Shown in pieces: positions 29,035 through 36,893 of a stretch of 45,239 nt of DNA. The position numbers and the translations under genes are program-made. The notes below the pieces were generated by a model. That model did not search any database. It was given only the letters and a program-made list of their open reading frames with translations, and was not told where the DNA came from. Origin of the DNA: an uncultured Candidatus Saccharibacteria bacterium (GTDB taxonomy: Bacteria; Patescibacteriota; Dojkabacteria; SC72); the NCBI GenBank assembly GCA_964610125.1, contig CAZSUV010000004.1, positions 5,028 to 50,266 of the forward strand. Reading direction: 5' to 3'. Position 1 is the first letter of the stretch. Every line of letters begins with the position of its first letter.

Positions 29035-29343
29035 ATGATGAATATTAATACATCTACAAATGAATTTGCACCAGTTGAGGCACCTGTTATAGGTGGGTTT
29101 GAAGCACAAAAACCAGTTTCTGAAGTTGTTCCAAATGCAGTAGAGGTAACAAATCCTATTGCGACAACAGCACCAATTGCAATCGGAAAAGATAGCCCTG
29201 AAGTAGCATCAGCACCAGTTACAGATGTTCCAAAGATGACCGTTGTTAAACCAGTAATAGGTCCAGATTTTGTTAATAATAGTGGCAAGGATGAAGATGA
29301 GGCTTTGTTTAATAAAGCAAATGGTCTTTCTCCTGTGGATTAA
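29035..29343 (+). CDS. Hypothetical low-complexity Pro/Val/Ala-rich protein
   Basis: 102-aa ORF preceded by a TATTAT -10-like box. Confidence 0.6.
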   Translation: MMNINTSTNEFAPVEAPVIGGFEAQKPVSEVVPNAVEVTNPIATTAPIAIGKDSPEVASAPVTDVPKMTVVKPVIGPDFVNNSGKDEDEALFNKANGLSPVD

Positions 29344-29406
29344 TCCTCTTTGATATATATATCCCTGTGTGATATTCTTTAGACATAAGATTGTCATACT
29401 GCCATT

Positions 29407-31929
29407 ATGAATTCGAATGAATTCACATACTCACAAGTAATAGGACCGGTACCCAATAATACTGATATTGAAACAGGATCTAACGTAACATATCCAAAAG
29501 ACACATACTCCGACCTCTATGGAGGTAAAACTATCAATATTCCTTGGGGTTGGATAACCTTCGTTTTGGTATTGATTGGTGCTTGTGTAGGCGCATATTT
29601 CATTGTAAAAAAGAAATTAATACACAAGGATAGAAATGAAAAAGCCAATGATGGAGTATTAATGGAAGTAAGGTTGCCAAGAGATAATGAAGTAGAAATA
29701 GGGGTAGCAGAACAGATGTTCGCAAATATCTGTGGTATTGGTGGAAAAGGGGATGGCTTAGCAGAACATTTTACCGTTGGAAATGCTGTAAGTTTTGAGA
29801 TGGTAGGACTACCAGGAGAAATACGGTTCTTTGTACATTGTCCTAAGAAACTCGCAGACCTAGTTGAGAAACAAATCCTCGGATCATATCAAGATGCAGA
29901 CGTAACCATAGTAAACGAATACAATATCTTTGCCCCACATACTCAATCGGCATATGCGCGATTGATATTAGATGAAGATTCATATGCGCCACTTCGAGTA
30001 GCGGAGAACTTTACAGGAGATCCATTGGCCAATGTACTTAGTACTTTAAGTAAGATATCAGACAATGAAGGTGTCATAGTTCAATTGGTTGTTACTCCAA
30101 CGGATTCAAAATGGCAAAAGAATGGATCTAAGTTTGTTCAAAAGGTTGAGAGTAACAATTCGGATCCTGAGAAAAAGAAAATTAGTATATCTCAAGAAAA
30201 GCTTCAGGGAATAGGGAAGAAGGTTTCAAAACCTGGTTTAATGGGAGAGATAAGGATCATAACCAGTGCTCCAGATCAAGCTATAGCTAAGATGCATCTA
30301 GATAACATCATTGGTGCATTTGATCAATATAGCAATCCTGGCATTAACAGATTAAAGAAGGTAAAGGTAGAGAAGAAGGATGAGAAGAAGTTCATATATG
30401 ATGTGGTATACAGAAGGACACCTGAATATGCAGAATCCATTTTTAATGTAGAAGAGCTTGCAGCTTTGTATCATTTTCCAAACAAGAATATATCTACTCC
30501 AAACATACATTGGTTACTTGCTAGAGAGTTGATTGCAGATAACTCGATAAGTTCAGATATTAAATCAAAGGATACGATATGGATAGGGAATAATTATTTC
30601 AGAGGTAAGAAGAAAGTGGTGTGCTTTAATCGAGATGATAGAAGGAGACACTCATATATTCTTGGACAAACGGGTACAGGTAAATCATGGCTCATGAAGC
30701 GAATGATTTTACAGGATATATACAATGGTGATGGGGTTTGCTTCATTGATCCACACGGACAAGCGGCAGAGGATATCTTAGCCTTAATTCCTCCTGAGAG
30801 AGCAGAGGATGTTATCTACTTTGATGCGGGTGATTTTGAAAGGCCTTTTGGTCTTAATATCATGGAATTCTACAATGAACAACACAAGCACCAGATCGTT
30901 AATAGCTTCATTGCTTTGCTCATAAGGCTCTTTGACCCTCATAACCAAGGTTATGTAGGTCCAGCTATGCAACAGGCTGTTAGAAACTCTATGCTTACAG
31001 CTATGTCTAAAGAGGGTTCTACTTTGATTGAGGTTGTTAGAATGCTTCAGGATGAGGAGTGGGTGATGAGCTACTGGTTACCAATGGTCAAAGATGAATT
31101 GGTAAGAAGATATTGGACAGATCAGGTTGCTAAGACCGACAAGAAGACTAAGTCAGAATCTTTAACATACTTCATTTCAAAGTTTGATAAATTTACGACT
31201 AACTTGGCAGTAAGGAATATTATTGGCCAATCCAAGTCATCTTTTGATTTTAGAGATGTGATGGATAACCAGAAGATTTTGATTATTAATCTTTCTAAGG
31301 GTTCAATAGGGGATGATAATATGTCTTTCATTGGTCTTCTTTTAGTACAGAAGATGCTTGCAGCTGCACTGAGTAGAGAGAATATGCCAGAGAGTCAGAG
31401 AAAAGATTTCTTCTTCTATGCTGATGAGTTCCAGAATTTTGCGACTGAGGAGTTCTCTTCAATATTGTCAGAGGCTAGAAAGTATAGGTTGGATCTTACA
31501 ATTGCACATCAATATATTGGTCAATTACCAGAGGATATTAGGAATGCGGTATTTGGTAATGTTGGATCATTGTTCATTACGAGATGTAGTGCTGAGGATG
31601 CTAAATTCTTAGAGACTCAGTTTGAACCATATATTAAGGCTGGGGATATGGTTAACCAGGGCTCTGGGCATTGGTATGTTAAGTTGCTTAACAATGGTAT
31701 GTATCCTGCTCCGTTCTCTTTGGATTCTTTGTATGGTCCTAAATATCCAGAGAGTGGGTTTGATTTACCTGAACATAAGGAGGTTGCTGATATTATTAAG
31801 AAGTACTCTAGAGCTAAGTATGGTAGGGATATTGCGGTTATTAATGAGGATATTAAGATTAGGTCACAACTTGATAGGAAGCCTGAACCTAATCCTATGA
31901 ATTCTCCTTTTCCACCAATGGGATTCTAG
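29407..31929 (+). CDS. VirB4/VirD4 (TraG/HerA-like) T4SS-associated ATPase
   Basis: N-terminal TM, RRRHSYILGQTGTGKS, FIDPHG, ADEFQNF, LSEARKY and AHQYIGQL. Confidence 0.88.
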   Translation: MNSNEFTYSQVIGPVPNNTDIETGSNVTYPKDTYSDLYGGKTINIPWGWITFVLVLIGACVGAYFIVKKKLIHKDRNEKANDGVLMEVRLPRDNEVEIGVAEQMFANICGIGGKGDGLAEHFTVGNAVSFEMVGLPGEIRFFVHCPKKLADLVEKQILGSYQDADVTIVNEYNIFAPHTQSAYARLILDEDSYAPLRVAENFTGDPLANVLSTLSKISDNEGVIVQLVVTPTDSKWQKNGSKFVQKVESNNSDPEKKKISISQEKLQGIGKKVSKPGLMGEIRIITSAPDQAIAKMHLDNIIGAFDQYSNPGINRLKKVKVEKKDEKKFIYDVVYRRTPEYAESIFNVEELAALYHFPNKNISTPNIHWLLARELIADNSISSDIKSKDTIWIGNNYFRGKKKVVCFNRDDRRRHSYILGQTGTGKSWLMKRMILQDIYNGDGVCFIDPHGQAAEDILALIPPERAEDVIYFDAGDFERPFGLNIMEFYNEQHKHQIVNSFIALLIRLFDPHNQGYVGPAMQQAVRNSMLTAMSKEGSTLIEVVRMLQDEEWVMSYWLPMVKDELVRRYWTDQVAKTDKKTKSESLTYFISKFDKFTTNLAVRNIIGQSKSSFDFRDVMDNQKILIINLSKGSIGDDNMSFIGLLLVQKMLAAALSRENMPESQRKDFFFYADEFQNFATEEFSSILSEARKYRLDLTIAHQYIGQLPEDIRNAVFGNVGSLFITRCSAEDAKFLETQFEPYIKAGDMVNQGSGHWYVKLLNNGMYPAPFSLDSLYGPKYPESGFDLPEHKEVADIIKKYSRAKYGRDIAVINEDIKIRSQLDRKPEPNPMNSPFPPMGF

Positions 31930-31932
31930 AAG

Positions 31933-32487
31933 CTAATTCTCTTTTGAATGTATGAAGTTCAATAGTGCAACTACGGATCTTTCTTCAGAGATTCTTCCAT
32001 CTTTGCACATCTCTACTGCTTTACCAAAAGGAACCCACATTTTCTCTATATATTCTCCATCACCAGGTTCATTATCTTCTAATTCTATGAAATCATTTGT
32101 AGTGTAGTAATATAAATCCCATTCTATGGTTGCCCCACAGGTAGATTTCTTGGAAAACTCAAGCGAATGAATATCTAAACCCAGTTCCTCCCTTGCTTCT
32201 TTATGGACGGCATCTTCTATAGCTTTGTTAAGCTTGGATTTGTCTTCACGAATAAGCAAGTATTCCTCTAATGTATCTACTACTTTTCCTCCTGCTAATC
32301 TATAATCAAGTCCATTTAATTCATAGCGAAATTCTTTCATTAGAAGTATTTCTCCTTCTTTATATGCAATTATTCTCACTCCTGGGGATCTTACTGCCTT
32401 TTCAAATTTCACAATCTTCCCATTTATTTCCTTATCTTCTAGTTCTACTCCAATAATTCTACCTTTGTAATCAAAAACTTTAGACAT
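31933..32487 (-). CDS. Nudix hydrolase (ADP-ribose pyrophosphatase-like)
   Basis: LMKEFRY and LAGG...KEAREELGL Nudix box with an insertion. Confidence 0.85.
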   Translation of the reverse strand: MSKVFDYKGRIIGVELEDKEINGKIVKFEKAVRSPGVRIIAYKEGEILLMKEFRYELNGLDYRLAGGKVVDTLEEYLLIREDKSKLNKAIEDAVHKEAREELGLDIHSLEFSKKSTCGATIEWDLYYYTTNDFIELEDNEPGDGEYIEKMWVPFGKAVEMCKDGRISEERSVVALLNFIHSKEN

Positions 32488-32580
32488 ATGATTGTTTAAA
32501 GAAGTTATTGAAATATTATATCATTAAGCTTGGTATCTTCTAAAATAGTTGTTATTTTGATAGAATAGGCTACTTTACAT

Positions 32581-32653
32581 GGGAGTATAGCTCAGTTGGT
32601 AGAGCGCGGTTCTTATAAAGCCGTGGTCGATGGTCCGATTCCATCTACTCCCA
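32581..32653 (+). tRNA. tRNA-Ile(TAT)
   Basis: GGGAGTA/TACTCCC stem, CGGTT-CT TAT AA-AGCCG arm with the anticodon at 32614-32616, discriminator A. Confidence 0.9.
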
Positions 32654-32724
32654 TATTCTCATTTTCAAATGGATACGTTAATAGAAGGCTTGCTTCTAAG
32701 CTATATACTTATTTCAATAGGGGA

Positions 32725-33612
32725 TTATAACTCCTTAAGATTCTTCTGATCTTCTTTTTGCATCTTAACAAGGTTAAGATACTTTTCAGTAGTAGAAAGT
32801 CTCTTGTGACCAACCAACTTAGAAACAACAACTAAGCTAACACCATTAGAAAGGTGATGAGCAATAAATGTATTTCTTAAATCATTAACCTTAGCATTCT
32901 TAATACCACCTCTTTCAAAAGCCTTATCTATAGCTGTTCTAATATTTCTTACTAACAAAGGTCTCCCATTCTTAGTAACAAATAGTGTGTCATCTTCTGT
33001 TTCTGGTCTAACATCTAAATATTCATCAATAGCTTTCTTAGCTGATTTATTTAGAGGAACCTTTCTGAATGGATGACTACCAGCTGCTTTAATGTAGAGG
33101 TAATCAATCTTGCCATCCTTAGATTTTCTAATATCTTCCAATGCTAATGCTGCTAATTCACCAATTCTGATACCGGTTTGAAGTAATACTTCGACAATAG
33201 AGTAGAGTCTAATATCAATTCTACTAACATCTCTCAATGCTCTGTATTCCATCTCTGTTAAAACTCTAGGAGGTTTGGTCTCAAACTTTGGATGAGCTAA
33301 CTTCTCAGAAGGATTATCAGAGATTATAGAGTTGTCTATAAGATATCTGTAGAATGTTCTAGTGCTATTTATCTTTCTTGAAATACTCTTTGGTGTATAG
33401 TTGTTGTCTTGTAAGGATTGTTTGTACTTTTCCAAATCTTCAATCTTGGTATCTTCTATTGTGGTACATCCTTCTTTAGAGAAAAAATTCAAAAGCTGCT
33501 CGATATCTTTAGCATAGGCTATAACAGTTGCTTCAGACCTACCTTTAGATCTTAAATCACCTATAAACTTATTTCTTTTTTCTTCAAAATTTGGATTATT
33601 TATTGCTCCCAC
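32725..33612 (-). CDS. XerC/XerD-family tyrosine recombinase
   Basis: SAM-like N-domain (SEATVIAYAKD, SISRKINSTRTFY), TGIRIGEL, DLRNTF and LVGHKRLSTTEKY. Confidence 0.9.
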   Translation of the reverse strand: MGAINNPNFEEKRNKFIGDLRSKGRSEATVIAYAKDIEQLLNFFSKEGCTTIEDTKIEDLEKYKQSLQDNNYTPKSISRKINSTRTFYRYLIDNSIISDNPSEKLAHPKFETKPPRVLTEMEYRALRDVSRIDIRLYSIVEVLLQTGIRIGELAALALEDIRKSKDGKIDYLYIKAAGSHPFRKVPLNKSAKKAIDEYLDVRPETEDDTLFVTKNGRPLLVRNIRTAIDKAFERGGIKNAKVNDLRNTFIAHHLSNGVSLVVVSKLVGHKRLSTTEKYLNLVKMQKEDQKNLKEL

Positions 33613-33752
33613 TGTATTAAACCTTTAATTTATTAATAGGCCTCTATGTCTATAGGCAAATTATATCATTACTAGGGGTGAAGGGCAATAATAATTGTAT
33701 ATGGGCTGGATAATAACTTTCTTAATATTTCTCCCTGTTTTATAATATTTCC

Positions 33753-34199
33753 ATGGATAAAGTATCATATAGATCTAATGGTATACCTCGTAGAGAGGTT
33801 AAGAAGACAATTGCACCTGCCTTGTTTAGTAATTCCTTTGTTAAAGTAGGCTTTATACTCATTTCCGCCTTTCTTCTCTACAATGTTACTCACTCCATAG
33901 ATATTACGGTTCAGAAGGTTGATATTCTTAAGAATGCTAGATTGGAAGTAGAGAAATTGAGGGTTACCAATCTTACATTGGCTACTCAATTGCAGAATAT
34001 GCAATCTCCTGAATATATTGAGGTGGAGGCTAGGGATAGGCTTAACTTCTCTGGGAACAAGGATTTGGTATTTGTAATACCGGAGTCTTTACTAAGTACG
34101 GCTAAGGAAAGATTAGATGGAATACTAAACGAAAAACCAGTAGAAAGTGAAAAGTCCGTTCTTCAACAGTGGGGCGAGCTTTTAATACATGGTGTGTAA
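33753..34199 (+). CDS. FtsB/DivIC-like septum formation initiator
   Basis: One TM, coiled coil and EYIEVEARDRLN motif. Confidence 0.75.
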   Translation: MDKVSYRSNGIPRREVKKTIAPALFSNSFVKVGFILISAFLLYNVTHSIDITVQKVDILKNARLEVEKLRVTNLTLATQLQNMQSPEYIEVEARDRLNFSGNKDLVFVIPESLLSTAKERLDGILNEKPVESEKSVLQQWGELLIHGV

Positions 34200-34254
34200 T
34201 TTCTAATGTTGGAATATGTTGTTGTATGTAGTATAATCCGTATTACTGTGTTAA

Positions 34255-34329
34255 CGCGGGGTAGAGCAGTGGCAGCTCGTCAGGCTCATAACCTGAAAGT
34301 CGTTGGTTCGAGTCCAACCCCCGCAACCA
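34255..34329 (+). tRNA. Initiator tRNA-fMet(CAT)
   Basis: C1:A72 mismatch (CGCGGGG/CCCCGCA), CT CAT AA loop, encoded CCA. Confidence 0.93.
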
Positions 34330-34440
34330 TTTAAAAATTTCCCTGGAGTGTTGTCTTGGATTTAAGAACTTTTTGTGCTAGAATTACGCCAGAAACGACT
34401 CTAATACAGCATTTCCTAATAATATGTTAAATATACTAAT

Positions 34441-35001
34441 ATGCCATTAACAAATCAACCAGTTAAAGGAATGTACATAATGGAAGAGAATAAAATCTAT
34501 TATCTTCTAGACAGACAATTGAAAACACAAGGAAGACAAGGTGGATTGATAATCATGAGATTACAATCTATGGAAACAGGTAATCAGATTACTAAGACTA
34601 TTAAATCTGGTGCTAAGGTAGAGCATATTGAACCTGAGACTAAGGAAATGCAATATCTATATTCTGATGAGAAGGGTTCTTACTTCATGGATTCTGAAAC
34701 ATATGAGACTATCAATATCCCTAAGGATACAATAGGGAATTATGTTAACTTCCTTAAGGAGGGTTCTACAACCTTAATCCTTATGTATGAGGGTAAGATA
34801 TTGAATATTAAAGAAGTACCTACTGTTGTATTAACGGTTACTGAAACATCTGATGCGGTTAAGGGTAATACTGCTAACAGTGCTACTAAATTAGCTAAGG
34901 TAGAGACAGGTTTTGAACTTCAAGTCCCAATGTTTATCAAAGAAGGAGACGAGATCAAAATCAATACAGATTCTGGTACATATTCAGGAAAAGCTAATTA
35001 G
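34441..35001 (+). CDS. efp: Elongation factor P
   Basis: MQYLY, FMDSETYE, KGNTA, ETG...VPMFIKEGD.IKINT..G.Y. Confidence 0.95.
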   Translation: MPLTNQPVKGMYIMEENKIYYLLDRQLKTQGRQGGLIIMRLQSMETGNQITKTIKSGAKVEHIEPETKEMQYLYSDEKGSYFMDSETYETINIPKDTIGNYVNFLKEGSTTLILMYEGKILNIKEVPTVVLTVTETSDAVKGNTANSATKLAKVETGFELQVPMFIKEGDEIKINTDSGTYSGKAN

Positions 35002-35026
35002 TTTTTGATATAATCTTTTACAACTT

Positions 35027-35100
35027 GGTGGAATAGCTCAGAAGGTTAGAGCATAGGATTCATAAACCTAAGGTCGGTGGTTCGATTCCACCTTCCACCA
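35027..35100 (+). tRNA. tRNA-Met(CAT), probably elongator
   Basis: GGTGGAA/TTCCACC stem, TT CAT AA loop, GTTCGATTCC T-arm. Confidence 0.88.
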
Positions 35101-35131
35101 TATTTATTTCCCAATTACCCTGTAGTATAAT
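35101..35131 (+). promoter_or_regulatory. Cassette 1 promoter/repeat
   Basis: TATTTATTTCC at 35101-35111 and TATAAT at 35126-35131. Confidence 0.7.
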
Positions 35132-35212
35132 AGCTTTTGATATAGATATATCAATTTGCTCGTTTTTCAACCATCAATTATTTGATGGATCATATTCATT
35201 TAGGAGGATAGC

Positions 35213-35647
35213 ATGGATCTCGATGAGGTTTTAAATACTGTTGCAGAAAAAACGGAGAAGATGACTCGTTTACGAGGTGCTGTGGCAGTTGCTTGTCTCA
35301 CAGACAGCGGTTTGAAAGTGATTTGTATTCCCGTAAACGTGGGCAAGAAATTTCGACATGAGAATAGGTTTCGAGAGAAAATGCCCGATCTTAACCTTGA
35401 TTCCCTGGAAAAAGAATTTCTTTTCTTTGCCACTGAAGATGCTGTTATCACGCTTGGACAACTCTTCTTTGACATGAATCATCATAGTGATGAAGCAGAA
35501 GAGGATGATTGCGACGACGCAGATTTAGCATTAAGTGGTAACGCCTCTTGTGGTTATATAATCGATGCCTGTACTGCGGCCAGTATTATGATTAGCCCAA
35601 TGGATCAGAAGTTTGAGAATCTTCTAATTCAAAAAATGATGAAATGA
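35213..35647 (+). CDS. Orphan cassette protein 1 (144 aa)
   Basis: AGGAGG at 35202-35207; acidic Cys-containing patch; no recognised family. Confidence 0.8.
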   Translation: MDLDEVLNTVAEKTEKMTRLRGAVAVACLTDSGLKVICIPVNVGKKFRHENRFREKMPDLNLDSLEKEFLFFATEDAVITLGQLFFDMNHHSDEAEEDDCDDADLALSGNASCGYIIDACTAASIMISPMDQKFENLLIQKMMK

Positions 35648-35656
35648 ACTATGAGC

Positions 35657-35705
35657 AAAACGAGCAACCGGCAGGTATATGTAAAAATATACCTGTCCGG
35701 ATGCT
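35657..35705 (+). repeat. Cassette 1 3' element (ACGAGC plus long hairpin)
   Basis: CCGG CAGGTATAT GTAAAA ATATACCTG T CCGG with outer AGCA/TGCT. Confidence 0.8.
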
Positions 35706-35725
35706 TCAAGAGAATGAAATTACAA

Positions 35726-35756
35726 TATTTATTTCCTCATTGGCCTGTAGTACAAT
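35726..35756 (+). promoter_or_regulatory. Cassette 2 promoter/repeat
   Basis: TATTTATTTCC at 35726-35736 and TACAAT at 35751-35756. Confidence 0.7.
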
Positions 35757-35824
35757 ATGGCTAAGATACATAAGGTATCATTAGCTCGTAATACATTCAA
35801 AATACCGGAAAGGAAAGGTGAACC

Positions 35825-36259
35825 ATGACCCGTGAATATGTAGGGCAATCATTACTTGCGCCAGTAGATATGTCTGTAAGGAATACCATCGCAAAGTTTG
35901 ATCCCTACAAAATCGATGATTCGATGGTATCTCAGAAAGCTGGGCAAATAGAATATGATATTAAAGGAAAAAATGGTACATACAAAATTCTATTTCTTTA
36001 CCCAAAGACTTGGGATACAGAACCGTTTAAACCATTTGAGGGGAGGAAATCATCTCAGGTATTCTTTGAGATGAGAGGGGACGAACCTCCACATTTGGAT
36101 ACTCACTTAGGTCCAGAGTATGTAGAAAAATATCTGCCTATATGGCATATATATATTTTCTTTACATATTCCCTAGCTGGAGAAGTATTGATCAGTAAGG
36201 AGTTTCTCAATGAGATGTTAGAGATGTTAGTTCAAGAATTCCGGCAAAATTTGAAGTAG
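35825..36259 (+). CDS. Orphan cassette protein 2 (144 aa), paralog of protein 3
   Basis: GGAAAGGTGA SD-like site; shares KGK...YPK.W and KY.P motifs with 36439-36858. Confidence 0.8.
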   Translation: MTREYVGQSLLAPVDMSVRNTIAKFDPYKIDDSMVSQKAGQIEYDIKGKNGTYKILFLYPKTWDTEPFKPFEGRKSSQVFFEMRGDEPPHLDTHLGPEYVEKYLPIWHIYIFFTYSLAGEVLISKEFLNEMLEMLVQEFRQNLK

Positions 36260-36260
36260 A

Positions 36261-36315
36261 ACGAGCTGAGCCTACAGGTATCTGTAATTTTAATTGGATA
36301 CCTGTAGGACTTAGC
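36261..36315 (+). repeat. Cassette 2 3' element (ACGAGC plus long hairpin)
   Basis: GCTGAG CCTACAGGTATCT GTAATTTTAATT GGATACCTGTAGG A CTTAGC. Confidence 0.8.
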
Positions 36316-36328
36316 ATAAATAAACAGT

Positions 36329-36359
36329 TATTTATTTCCAAACAGACTTATAGTATAAT
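36329..36359 (+). promoter_or_regulatory. Cassette 3 promoter/repeat
   Basis: TATTTATTTCC at 36329-36339 and TATAAT at 36354-36359. Confidence 0.7.
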
Positions 36360-36438
36360 AACGGCTAAATACATAGGTATTATAGCTCGTTCTACCACAA
36401 TGCAATTTCGCATTGTGTCATATTCTTAAGGAGGAAAA

Positions 36439-36858
36439 ATGGATTCGTTAGGTATAAGTTTAGCAGAACATTTCAAAAGTGACTTTGCTCTTGCAGCAGA
36501 ACAGTTCATTAGTACTGTTGTAATGTCTTCACAGAGAACAACCCTGAAGGAAGATTCTGGACGAATTAAAGTCTCGTTGAAGGGCAAAATGCTTATTTCT
36601 TGTATTTACCCTAAAGAATGGGAAAAGTTTGAATACATTCCGCTTGGTAAGCATAAGGAATACAGATCTTTTTCAGTTTTGCGACATCAAAAAGGAGAAC
36701 CAATAGAGTGGGAAGAGTTCAAAGATATTGGGAAATACAGTCCGACGCTCAATATCCTTGTAGCTCTGACGGTTGATGGAATCGCAGATTCCCCAGAAGC
36801 AAAAGAGCTTCTGGAGTTATTCTGGAATCAGCTTGTCCCTGTTCTGATGGGAAATTAA
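36439..36858 (+). CDS. Orphan cassette protein 3 (139 aa)
   Basis: TAAGGAGG SD; paralog of protein 2. Confidence 0.8.
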   Translation: MDSLGISLAEHFKSDFALAAEQFISTVVMSSQRTTLKEDSGRIKVSLKGKMLISCIYPKEWEKFEYIPLGKHKEYRSFSVLRHQKGEPIEWEEFKDIGKYSPTLNILVALTVDGIADSPEAKELLELFWNQLVPVLMGN

Positions 36859-36893
36859 CCAACATTAGGTCATATTTTTAAGGAGGAAAAACG

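Noticed and set aside
21636-33612. Integrative conjugative element or prophage bounded by tRNA-Ile and the recombinase
   Set aside because: No relaxase, phage structural genes or att duplication were seen, and core genes such as smpB are interleaved.
35657-36315. 3' hairpins as intrinsic terminators
   Set aside because: No U-tract follows on the coding strand, and primary sequence is conserved beyond what termination needs. Not fully excluded.
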